Below are positions 14,986-27,649 of a stretch of DNA of 64,000 nucleotides, piece by piece; position 1 is the first letter of the stretch; each line of letters opens with the position of its first letter. The stretch comes from Eledone cirrhosa (taxonomy: Eukaryota): NCBI GenBank assembly GCA_964016885.1, contig OZ024743.1:106640001-106704000 (forward strand), in the 5' to 3' direction. The translations under genes were made by a program, and so were the position numbers. The notes under the pieces were generated by a model. The model searched no databases. It saw only the letters and a list, made by a program, of their open reading frames with translations, and was not told where the DNA came from.

Positions 14986-15724
14986 CACTCTTTTTTTTTT
15001 CAAATAATGAAACCAGTGATCAAATTGTAGAGGTGGCCTAGCAAATATGGCTCACTATATTTTAACTTGATCTATGATTTACGGAATGCTTCTGCTTTCG
15101 GTTGCAGAAAGTAGAACTCAATGTTGAATATTATCTAAATGTTATCTAAATGTTATCTAAATGTTATCTATATTTTCCTTCCCGATCACTCTTTTAATAT
15201 TTATACACATGTATATGTATGTATAGAACCGTAATTCGTGATGTATATGTTAGAGGCACCGCAGTGCAATATGGCATCTCGGAGGCACTTCAAACGTGTC
15301 GGGGACCCTTCCTATCCATGTCTAAACACAGATAATTTCTTGCAGAAAAGGATAGAGGATATGTGTGAGGGGTGGTAAGAGACACGAGAAAAATATGTAG
15401 AGGAGGTATCGACCTCAATACTCTACATGTGATAATTTTGTAGATCTCGAAGGGATTAAACGAAGTTGAACTCAGGGTACAGAGAGCTAACAAGTATATC
15501 GCATATGTGCATATGATAAATATAAAAATTTGTCAAGACTGAAATAGTATCGATTCGTGAGTATTTTAGTGATCCATGCAGTGTTAGTATTAGTATAGTA
15601 AATATTCGGCCTCCACAACATATTCTCATACAGCAGATGCTTTCGAAACAAATACATTATACAACCTATTCAACTGAATGGGACGCTTTAAATTGTTATT
15701 TTATATTTCATGTTAAGTAACTTT

Positions 15725-16150
15725 TGGGTGCTACTGGTAACATGTCACCGAGTACAACCTATTGCATGATCGAGTCATCGGCGACTAAACCAGCAATCTC
15801 ACCAAGTGTACTTGGTGAGAAGGGTGACGTTGGACACCCTGAAGGACAAAAAACAAAACCTGACAAAGAGTGGAATAACTCATAAGAGTCAACGGCCATC
15901 TAAAAAAAAATAATAATAAGTCTGCTAAATCAATGCGTGGCATAGTTCCAGCTGCACGCTTCGAAAGACCGGTGTAATGGTTCTGAGAACAATGCGGCTT
16001 TGCAGATGATCAATGGAAATTGACAATGGAAAGGCACTGTGCTCGAGTTGGAAGAGAACTATCGACCCCCAGGAGTGACCCGTGATTGTATTCAGCAACC
16101 TAAACAAATCCAATTCTCCCAGGTGCGGCCCTGGTTCTTCTTACCTGCAA
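15725..16150 (+). mobile_element. Probable 5' UTR fragment of an RTE-type LINE or related repeat
   Basis: GC-richer structured block with hairpins ctcaccaag-tgta-cttggtgag and agggtg-acgttgga-caccct; family assignment is inference only. Confidence 0.35.
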
Positions 16151-16240
16151 GTGCAAACTCGGCCAGATTAGATTAGATTTTCTATATTTCATAGCTAAAA
16201 TAATTTGAATGTTAATTATGTGAGGGTAATTTATTTCAGA

Positions 16241-16510
16241 AGGCGTGTGGTTTAGTGTTTCATATTTTAGCTAACAATCGGGAGTTCGATTGTCGATGCT
16301 CCTGTGCACTCAGCTGGTAAGAAGGAATTCTACGTTTAAATCAAAGGTTCACAATCGTCACGCATAATATCATACACAATCGCCCTGAGAATCAATTAAA
16401 GGGCACAAGTGTCTGTGGAATGCTTTGTTATTTGTAAATAATTTTCGCAAGAGGTGATATATTTGATCGAATAACTGGAACATTTGTCGTGCGTACGACG
16501 GAAGTCAAAC
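16241..16510 (+). mobile_element. Second tRNA-derived SINE family, degenerate
   Basis: A-box-like ggcgtgtggtttagtg and B-box-like gagttcgatt followed by a body. Confidence 0.5.
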
Positions 16511-16704
16511 CTAAGATAGCATTAGGCTATACCTTAACATTCTCTCTTTAATTGGTATACAGTAAAACGTAATATATTATTATTACAAGCTCGATAAATT
16601 AGATGATAGTCGGGAAATAAGATGGATTCGATTCAATATATATTCAAAGGCATGTCATTAATGCAGCTAATGAAACGTTTACGTACATGATATCTCACTT
16701 AGTC

Positions 16705-16868
16705 ATACGGCATGTAATTTTTGGGGAAGCGGAACATGGTTTATGTTGAACACAGTACTTAACTGGTACTTTGTATTAGTGACACAAAAAGTATGAAAGC
16801 CAAAGTTGATCTCGGTGAAATTTAAAACAAGAACATAGAAAAAGTACTGCAATGCATTTAGACAACCG

Positions 16869-16870
<2 letters not shown>
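16705..16870 (-). mobile_element. Degenerate SINE copy
   Basis: aactggtacttt...atgaaagccaaagttgatctcggtgaaattt is the reverse complement of the SINE core. Confidence 0.6.
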
Positions 16871-16906
<36 letters not shown>

Positions 16907-16909
<3 letters not shown>

Positions 16910-17116
16910 CGTTTCTGAATTTGTTTAGCAAGATTCTTTATCTGAAAACGTGTGTTGAAACCGATATTGTTATGCTTTGGGAGGGTCATGTTGCCAATGA
17001 GAAACACACGCACCAGATGTTTCACTCCAATTTATTATAAATTTAATTTATAATAAATTGGAGTGAAAGCGACTGGTGCGTGTGTTTCTTATTGGCAACA
17101 TGACCTCCCAAATCAT

Positions 17117-17124
<8 letters not shown>
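16907..17124. mobile_element. Family H fold-back element (about 80 bp arms plus tail) in (TA)n
   Basis: Imperfect palindrome 16964-17124 centred near 17044, with gtttc/gaaa flanking the central stem; tail shared with 35200-35295. Confidence 0.75.
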
Positions 17125-17620
<496 letters not shown>

Positions 17621-17871
17621 TGTGTATGTGTGTGTGTATGTGTGTGTGTGTTTGGGTGTGTGCTTCCAGTTTGGGTATGTGTGTTTATATATGAAAATAT
17701 GTGTTATGGTAACATGCATAAGCATCAGCTAATTCGTGATTCGTGTTACGTGAATGATTTTTTCGAATTCTTTGTGTTTAAAAGGAAACCTACTTTACAT
17801 ACTTATCACTCTCTGCCTCATTCCCTCGGTCTCTTTATTTATCTCTCTCACTGTTTACATACACACACACG

Positions 17872-17934
<63 letters not shown>

Positions 17935-17974
17935 GATATTAAATAAATGGAAACTATATTTATAAAACCATATT

Positions 17975-18039
17975 TATTTCATTATATATATTTCAGGGAT
18001 ATCATATTAAAATATGGTATACCTTCATCAGACAAAATA
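17975..18039 (-). ncRNA. Type I hammerhead ribozyme in pLTR
   Basis: Minus strand uauuuugu-CUGAUGA-agg...ccu-GAAA-uauauAUA-augaaaua. Confidence 0.75.
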
Positions 18040-19502
18040 CAATATAAACAGTCTTATAAATAGATAGATTTGACATACCTTACACTTCAACTTCCATTTA
18101 AAAAGTTGATTTGGTAGTGAAAAATGTTAGAGACAGTTATAGAGAAAAAAGAAAAGAAAGAAAGAAAGCGAAGAAAAAGAAGAAATGCATGCAACGAAAA
18201 ACAGAGACAGATAGATATAGAGAGATAGATAGAGAGAAGAAATTGATGTAAAGAAAAAACAGAGAGAGATAGATAGAGAGAGAAAAAACAGAGGGAGATA
18301 GATAGAGAGAGAGAGAGAGAGAGAAAAGAGAGAGAGAGAGAGAAAATAGAGTGAGATAGATAGAGATAGAGATAGAGAGAGAGAAAAATAGAGAGAGAGA
18401 AAAATAGGTAGTTGGGCACCAGTTGAATGGCGTATCAATGATATATTTATTTATTTATTTATTTATTTATTTAGTTATAGTATTAAGGTAGAGAGAGATA
18501 TATGTGGTTAGGAGAGAAAACAGCCGTTACATAGAGAGAAAAGAAAAATATCCAGAGATAAACGAGGCAGATTTAAAACATTATGTTTCATCAGTCTAAA
18601 ATATCAATTCGTATGAATTAGGTATTATAATGTAAATATCAGTATTCATGAATGAGACACGTATCAATAATGTGTGAAAAATAATGATCATATGTCTAGT
18701 TTAAAATTCCTAGGTTTATAATCAGAACTGAGCTAAAACTTCAAAAAAAATTGAAATACATAAGTATATATGCACTTTCATTAAAAAAGAAAAAGAAAAT
18801 AGAAGGTTATCCCAGATTCGATACTATAGACATCCATGTGAATTTACGTGATCAACTCTGCAAATTCCTATTTCACATGAAAACATTCTCATTGTGCTAT
18901 AAAAATTCTAGTATACATATATGTGTACATACACGCAAATATATATAGAATCTACATTAATTTTAACAATAATATTCTTGTCTTTACTCTACATGAATAT
19001 CGTTCAAGCATAAAATAGACAACAGATATCAATATATCAATAAAAATATTAAAAATTTTTTAAATATTAAAAAATATTAAAAAATATTAGAAATATTAAA
19101 AAATATAAAAAAATATAATTAAAATGCCAAGAAAATTCCCAGAGTATCTCGGGCCGTAAAAGACACAGTATGCCCCGCAAATCAACCACAGAAATCTACC
19201 CTTCAAATTTATTTGACAATATATTGCCAAGTTCATTATAAGCATCAGAATCAGAAGCAAACAAAACCAAAATTATTCACCAAATCCTGTCTAGCAGAAA
19301 TCATTCCAAAAGTTTAGGATACCCATTTGAACAGATGGTCTTATATTTATTATAGAAGTTTATCTAGTGTAAAATGTATTCGATATATTTGGAGCATCAT
19401 CTTTTAGGGTAGTTTAATTATTCATGAAGAATGTTTAAAAAAAAGAAATCGAAAGATTTATCGGCGAGTTTCAAAAATAATTACAAATCTTAAGTAAATA
19501 TA

Positions 19503-19770
19503 CTACATTTTAAATTTATATTTATATTTAAAAGTTGAGTTCAATCTATGTCTGCAGCAACTGAATAAATTTGTCCGTAAATTAAGGGAATTTTTAGATT
19601 TTAGTATAAAGAATATCTCCTCCGCGCAGAGGTCACATGTCTCAGAAGATGAATTAAAAGGAATCCCTCTTGAGACTATATTCCAAGCCGTCGAATATCC
19701 AACGTTATCATGCTTAAGTTTCAAGAGTAAGCCTGATGTTGAAGATTTTTTGCTTGGATCTGTGAAAGAA
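19503..19770 (-). pseudogene. GIY-YIG endonuclease C-terminal remnant (Naiad-type PLE)
   Basis: LK......W.IV.....F......CDLC.EE.F.I......LN.R.....CCRH; same pattern as 62778..63128. Confidence 0.8.
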
Positions 19771-19862
19771 TCCTTGTGGTTATTATAGCGAAGTTTAAAT
19801 TCTGTCGAGGTGGAACCAACTATTTTTCTCTCTCTCTATCTCTATCTATATCTATCTCTCTC

Positions 19863-19914
<52 letters not shown>

Positions 19915-20203
19915 CTCTCTTTTCTCTCTCTCTCTATCTATCTCCCTCTGTTTTTTCTCTCTCTATCTATCTCTCTCTGTTTTTTCTTTACATGAATTTC
20001 TTCTCTCTATCTATCTCTCTATATCTATCTCTCTCTGTTTTTCGTTGCATACATTTCTTCTTTTTCTTCGCTTTCTTTCTTTCTTTCTTTTCTTTTTTCT
20101 CTATAACTGTCCCTAACATTTTTCACTACCAAATCAACTTTTTAAATGGAAGTTGAAGTGTAAGGTATGTCAAATCTATCTATTTATAAGACTGTTTATA
20201 TTG

Positions 20204-20267
20204 TATTTTGTCTGATGAAGGCATACCATATTTTTAATATGATATCCCTGAAATAAATAATGAAATA
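20204..20267 (+). ncRNA. Type I hammerhead ribozyme in inverted pLTR
   Basis: uauuuugu-CUGAUGA-agg...ccu-GAAA-uaaAUA-augaaaua. Confidence 0.7.
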
Positions 20268-20396
20268 TATATGGTTTTATAAATATAGTTTCCATTTATT
20301 TAATATCGTAAATATACTCCAAATACTTGTTGAGTGCTTTTATATCAGTTATAAATATTTACTCGTTGTAACCCAACAATTTAAATAAAACTTTGC

Positions 20397-20433
<37 letters not shown>

Positions 20434-23044
20434 CATATACATATATAGAAAGTATGTGCATGTATGTATTTGTACATATGTAGCAAGCTATTTGAAATAG
20501 GTTGAAAATAAATAAATCAAAATTAACGTATCGCAAATCACGAACCATTTTGTTGCTGCGTAAGACGATTAGCGGTTGTAGAACAATAAACTAACATGTA
20601 GTATCGCCTTCCATGATAAATGATTTTGTCATACATTTGACTTGCTATGAGCTACTATAATGTGACAACCATCATACTCTTCAAAATATATTACACATCT
20701 TAAGATATTCTAACTCAATTCTAATTCAATACTTTATTTGAGTAAAGTTTAATTATCAAAGCAAAAATATTAAATGTCTTCCAAATGAACGGGTTATTTT
20801 TTGTTTTATTCTAAGGGATATTCATCCCGGAATAGTGAAATGTCCCTATCAGATTTAATATCTATGTAAATACAATATCAGATTTTTTAAAATTCTCTTT
20901 ACCCGGCAATTCGTCGATCCACTGCCGACATTTTGATTGCTGGATATCAAGTTGTCTCCTGAAGTTATTTAACCCCTGTTTTATTGTGCTTGCTGTAATA
21001 TGTTTTCTGTTCACTCAGTACATTCACATCTATATCCAGCATTGTTAGCTAAGTATTCACACCTATAGCCACAGTTTGTTATGCTTCTAACACAAGTGGG
21101 ATGATAGGAACATTACGGCAGTTTACGTCAATTTCGTTTTTCTATCAATTTAGTAAAATAAGGTCAAGCAACATCGAATATTATTATCATTACGCTTCAT
21201 TGTATTGCTTGCTTTAATGCATTTCCGAGCACAGCTCAGGGTTCTTGGGGTATCTGCAGTTTTGTTTAAATTGTATAGTAAGTAATCTACGTAACATGTG
21301 TGTTGTGTCAAGCAGTGCTATATTTTGTATGCTATATATATTCGAAAGTCCAAAGGTTTTAGTTATAGATATGTCTGTTGTTTTGTTGCTGTGTTTTTTA
21401 TTATTCTAAAAACCACCTTTTATATGGATTGTTTGTGTTTTCACCATCCATATTCGTGGTATTTCTATTTCCTCATGTAAATATATTGACAATGGCCTGA
21501 GATAGGCTCTAGTCGTGGATAAGACAGTTTAAGCAGGTACCTGTCCGAGATGCATACGGAGCAAGAGAATCGTCTTGCATGCTATGGCGCAGAAAATTGT
21601 ATAGGGGACTCGCCTAAAAGGTTTGAAGACAAGAATCTTCGTCTTCGACCAAGCCCTACTTGATATTTTCAAGTAACAATTGAGGGTGAATGTGAAGGTA
21701 GAGAAGTGGGTGCTGCCATCTCGTGTCTTTTTTGAAAGATCGGTCAGAGTGGCGGGATTGACGACGCTGAATGGGGCTATTCTGACTATGCTTTTCTAAG
21801 CAGGAGGAAGGAAACTTTGAATTGGAATGTTCAGTGCTGATGGGGCAACAGAATAACCTATGATTTTGTGGGAAGCTTTCCCGGGAATTATCTTAAAGTT
21901 CAGTTTCTTAACCATTTGGAAACGAATTTTTCGTTGATATTCGTTATTGTTATTATTTCGTATTGTTATGACAATTTCCATCACTGTTATCCTTATAGTT
22001 TTCTCCTTAGTGATGTTCCATTTACTTTACACGGCTGCGAAAGCTACTAAACTATTTTTACTGGATATTCAAGAAAAGACGGCTTCTTGACACAAGCCAA
22101 CCAATTAGTTAAGCTGCAAAACACAAGCGCAAAAAGAGCCTTCCTCCGCGAAGTAGTTGGCGGCAAAAGCAAAGGCTCCGATATACAGAACTATGACAAA
22201 AAAATAAAGACAGCCAGAAGTAGAACCGTAACTTTAGTACGAAAGAGCACTGAGAGACATTATGCCCGGTATAGAACATATTACCAGAATAAACGCATTG
22301 CTCTGCAACACCGAAGAGATGACGGTCAATGATTCTGTGGTTTCCGTTCGGAGAGACCAATACGTTTTATACATTTCGTACCAAGAAAGAAGAACTCTAA
22401 GAGTCAGGATCAGCTGTATCTCACCAGGATTTGTGGATCCTGTCCTATGTTATACGAGATTGTAGTGACACACTCTTAGAAAAGAGGCACACCTGGTAGG
22501 ATCACTAATCCGGCATAGGTCTGGAAACTCTATTGCACATAAAACGAAAAAAGAAAAACATCTCTGACATCATTCAACAGTCCAATGGCTTAGTTATCCA
22601 AGAAAAGAGCCTCCGTTGTCATCTCTGCGAGAAAAAAGACCATTAAGAGATTTTTGCACTCAACAGAAGATGGGGAACCACAGGAAGCCAATGCTGCTCA
22701 CACCAGGACCTTAACAACCATAATGACATCAGCGAAAAATATCAACAACTGCGGCACCAAAGACATCACCAACAGCAACAGCAGCACCAACAACACCACC
22801 AACAGTAGTAACAAAATCCAGGGTATATGTGAAAAGAGCTTTCCCTCTCACTTTTTCCCTCCAATTTTACAAAGCACAGACGTACATATAGACATCCATA
22901 CAACCACAATTATATTCACACCAACATCCGAAACATATTACAATGACATCTGGCAACACAAACACAGCAGAAAAACCTCGAAGTGGTAAGAGGAGTGGGG
23001 GACGAAGGGGAAGGAGAGTTTGAATGTTGTTGAAAGAACACCTA

Positions 23045-23960
23045 TGGGTGGATGAGGTGCAAGGTGAGCAATGAAAGCAAGGAGAGAATGGGGAGATTAA
23101 TGAGAATAACTAGGTTGTGGAGTGTAAGGCGGGTAAAGGGGAAGGGGAGACAGTGGTATGTAAAGGGGGAAGAGGGAAGAGGAAACAAAGGGGCAATAAA
23201 AGAATAGGAATAGGGAAGTAGATAAGAGCAAGGCGAGCAAGGAGAGAAGGCGAAAAGGTGATCAGAGAGAAAGAACAGCAGGCAGTTCGGGAAGAGTAAG
23301 GTGAAAAGGCGAGCAAGGAGAGCATGGAGAGTAAAGTTAAAGCGAAGAGCAAGGAGGTCAGGCATAGTAAGTGAAAAAGAGAGCAAGGAAAACAGGGAGT
23401 AAGGAGAGCATTGAGTTCAGGGAGAGCAAAGGAGTAAAGAAAGCAAGGAGAACATAGAGAAGAGCAAATAGTGCAGGGAGAGTAAAGTTAAAAATCGATA
23501 GCATGGATATTGCGAAGAGTAAGGTGAAAAAGGGAACAAGGAGAGAACAGAATAAGAATTGATTAAAGAATAAGGAGAAATGGAGAGCAAAGAGATTAGG
23601 TAGAGGAAGCTGAAAAAGTAAAGATAGGAGAAAAAAGAGTGCAGGTGTAGTGTAAGGTGAAATGGAGAGCAAAGAAAGTAGGAAAAGTAAGGGGAAAGGT
23701 AGAGATAGGAGAAAAAGAGAGCTAGGAATACTGGGAGAACTAGAAATTTGAAAAACGTTAGGAGAGTAAGGAAGGTAAGGATAGTGAAGAGGTTAGGTGG
23801 AACAGGAGGAACGTGGGTTAATGGGGAAAGGGAGCGGAGTGGAGGAAGTTAGAGGAGGATGAGCAATGAGAGGAAGGATAAAGGAGAGTAAGAAGAGAAA
23901 GTAGAGTAGGAAGAGCAAGTAGAATAAGCAGAGTGAGGAGAGTAATGATGAACGGAAGGT
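23045..23960 (+). repeat. Purine-rich (A/G) degenerate minisatellite
   Basis: Recurring ggagagcaa, gagtaag and aaggtgaaa words; few pyrimidines on the + strand. Confidence 0.8.
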
Positions 23961-26810
23961 AAAATGTTTAATGAATTTTGTAAGAAATTTTATGGAAAAT
24001 ATTTTATTATATTTTGGGAAAAACATTTTTAAATGTTTGGTGAATCTTTAATGAACATTCTGAGGGAATTTAGGGGAAATATTTGATGGAATATTTGATG
24101 GAAAGTTAAATGAAATTTTGGCGAAATATTTAAATAAATTGCAAAGTTCCTCATACTTGTACGGCGAAGGTTTCGGAAGTAGTTTAAGGATATTTCGAGA
24201 AAATTTGAAAATGTGTTTTGGAGAAAGCCTTTTTGAAAATTTAGGGAACATTTATAAAAATCTTTTTTGGGAAATTTTAGGGAAAATTCTACTGAAAATT
24301 TGCAGATAGTCCTAGTAATTCAAATATAATCACCCGGCAAAAAATGCTTGAATAAACTTATTTCCTTCCATTTTTTAATATTTACGAAAATCTTCACAAA
24401 ACCTCAGAAAAATACCTAACGATATAGTGTAGTATATTTGTGAAAACATTTTTGAAGTCTTTAATGAAACTTGAGGAAAATTTATGATGAAAATTTCAGC
24501 AACAATTTTCATGAAATCTTAATGAAATTTCAGTTAAAAATTTAATGAATGGTGTAAGAGATTTTATGGAAAATAGGAGAAAATGTTTTACTGAAAGTTT
24601 TTATGAAAATTTGAGGAAATTATTTAAAATCTATTTAGAAATCTTTGTGAACATTTTACTAATAATTTGGATCCATTTGTACTAATTTAAATATAAAGAG
24701 CCGACAAAAATATGATTAATTAAAGTTATTTCCTTCTGTTTTTTTTTTCTTTATAATATTTAGGAAAATCTTTACGAAACATATTGAATTTTATATGAAA
24801 AAAAAAAGAATTGCAATAATTTTGGGAAATATTTTGTTGAAATCATCAATGACACTTCAGGGAGAATATATGATGAAATCTTTGGCAAATATTTCCACGT
24901 AATATTAGAGGGGATTTCTAATAAATTTTGAGGTAAAATATTTAAAGAAGAGATTTTTTGGAGAATATTGGATGAACTTCTGGAGAATATTTAAAGAACT
25001 TTTGATGAATTTTTAATCAAAATTGTGGAAATGTTGTAGATATAGTTGATGAAATATTTTAGTAAGTCAACTGAATATTTGTCGAAATTATTTGCGTAAA
25101 TACCCTAAACATTTAAGAACACTTTAGGAAAGATACCAACAAAAATAACATTACAGCTTTTTGGCGAAAAACCTTTAATGAATTCTTCAATGGAACTTTG
25201 GGGAGCATTTATGAGGAAATTATGGGCAAAAGAATTCATGAAATATTTGGGGCAATGCTTAATGAATTTAGAGGTAAAAATCTAATGAATTATATAGGAG
25301 ATTTTATAGAAAATATTTGATAAAGTTTTAGGAGAAACCTTTTAAAAATCGGTGATGATGTTTTAATGAAAATTCTGGAGAATTTTGGAGGAAAATTTTG
25401 GAGGAATATATTTGGAATGTTGAATGAAATTTTGGCGACATATTTAAAGATGTTGAGAGGTTCTTCGGTACCTTTTCGGTGAAGGTTTTGGAAGACGTTT
25501 ACGAAAATATGAGAAAATTTGAGAAAATGTTTTATTGAAAGTTCTTATAAAAATTTGAGGAAATTATTTAAAATCTGTTTAGAAATCTTTTGTAAAAATG
25601 TTACTGAAAATTTGGATCGATTAGTACTAATTTACATATAAATAACCGACAAAAATATAATTAAGTTATTTCCTTCTGCTTTTTTTTATATTTACGAAAG
25701 TTTTACGAAACATTTGGAATTTTAACTAAAAAAAATTGCAATAATTTTTGGAAAACTTTTTGTTGAAATCATCAATGAAACTTCAGGAAGAATTCCTGAT
25801 GAAATTTTCGGTAAAAATTTCCACGAAATATTAGATGGAATTTCTAATGAATAAGTGGTTTTCTGGAAAATATTTAATACAATTTTAGGAGAAAAAGACT
25901 TTAAAAAAAGGTTGATGATGCTTTAATGAAAACTCTGGAGAATTTTGGAGGAAATATTTGAAGGAATATTTTGGAATGTTAAATAACATTTTGGCGAAAT
26001 ATTTAAAGATTTTCTGAAATTGTTTCTTAGGGGTTTGAAAAATCTTTTGCTGAAAGTTTTTATGAAATATTTGGTAAAATTTTACTGAATATCTGGTGCT
26101 AGTTTTACTAATTTAAATATAAGAACCCGTCAAAAACATGATTAATTAATCTTATTTCCTTATTTCTTTTCAATACTTACAAAAATCCTTACGAAACTTT
26201 GGAAAAATAACCATGGAAAATCTTTAATGAAACTTTGGGAAACATTTATTATGAAAATTATGGAAAATATTTGATGAAATATTAGGAGAAATATTTTAAA
26301 AATTTATGATGAATCTTTAATCAAAATTCTTAAGTATTTTTGGGGAAAGAGTCGATGGAATATTCGGAAAAAATCTGAGAACATGTTTTAGAGAAGGATT
26401 TTTTGAAAATTTGGGGAAAATTAAAAAGAAATCTTTATAGAATTCTTAAGGGAAAATGTTACTGAAAAATCCCATCGGGTCGTACTAATATAAATATAAG
26501 CACCCGATAAAAACATGATTAATTAAACTTATTGCTTTTGTTTTTCAATATTTAGAAAAAATATAACGATACGTTAGAAAAAGTATTTAAATAAAGGTTT
26601 GCAGTAATTTTGGAAAACATTTTCTTTTAATTCTAAAATGAATCTTTGTGGAAAATTTAAGATGACATTTTCAGGAAAAATTTCCATAAAATATTTGGTG
26701 GATAGTTCAATAAAATTTGAGTAAATCTTTTAATGAATTTTGTAAGATATTGCTGAAATTTTTGGAGGAACATTTTAGAGGACTTTGTTGAAACTGTAAT
26801 ACAAATTCTG
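23960..26810 (+). repeat. Degenerate AT-rich tandem/satellite array, C-poor on the + strand
   Basis: Block tactgaaaattt....tagtactaatttaaatataa..ccg.caaaaa.atgattaattaa..ttatttcctt recurs near 24290, 24655, 25600, 26080 and 26460. Confidence 0.75.
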
Positions 26811-27224
26811 GATAATAATGACCAGTACATTGAACGATATAGTATTAGGTACTCGTATAAAACACGATTGTCACGGTTGGAATCATTTTGATTATACTTA
26901 TATACTGTCATCTTGTCTTGCTCGTTCAGGTCTGACCTGTGGATAAAAGTATACATGTCGTTAAGTTTTCTCTCCACTTGCTAGAAATAGCAGCCACATT
27001 TCTATACTTGAAACTGTCTACTGCAACTAATAGCAGAACGGAACGGAACTATTCACAGTTCTGAGAGGAAATACAAGAACAAAAACAGCCTTGTTGATAA
27101 TTCCCAACTCATAATACTGCTAAACACAGAATTTACTAATTTGGTCAAGCTCTAGCAATAAGGTTGTAGCTTGTCGAGAACCAAGTGAGAGCTGGATGTG
27201 CAAACTTGTGCAATCCCAACCAGG

Positions 27225-27480
27225 TACATAAACGAAAACGTCCTCCTAACTTGTTAAATCATGGAGAAGATGAGCAATAAACCTGGCTTCGATACAGCAC
27301 TGATAAATTTAGATCAATCAAAAGCTTTAGATCTATTGGTACATCGACATCTAGACGCTGTCCTCAAGGCAGTCATCTTCGGTCCCGTTTTCAAAGACTG
27401 GGACGCTGAAATGCACAGCTACGTCTGATCGGTGGTCAAAATCATTGGCCACCTATCAGAACCGTTTCAGATCGCGTGCT
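27225..27480 (+). mobile_element. Isolated Tx1/L1-like RT fragment
   Basis: ALINLDQSKALDLLVHRHLDAVLKA..FGP.F..W (RT DxxKAFD region); 3' end similar to 29095-29121. Confidence 0.65.
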
Positions 27481-27649
27481 AGCACCACCCTTCTTTAGGT
27501 AGTGACATTCGTGTCATCAACATAGAAGCTGGAGTTGTTGTATGTCATTCTGCTCGAGCTGCAGCGGGGAAGGTGTGCTTTTGCATATAGACAAAGTCAC
27601 CAAAGTATTGCTGAACATCTCAGAGATCAGCATTTTTGGCACCTTCTTA

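Larger units (their letters stand above)
17932..20398 (-). mobile_element. 5'-truncated Naiad-type Penelope-like element with inverted pLTR
   Basis: About 490 bp inverted repeats (17932-18420 vs 19810-20310), each with an HHR, enclosing a minus-strand GIY-YIG C-terminus; bounded by TA tracts. Confidence 0.85.

Noticed and set aside
21490-22990. GC-richer block with short ORFs, possible LINE ORF1 remnant
   Set aside because: No diagnostic motif recognised; cannot assign a product.
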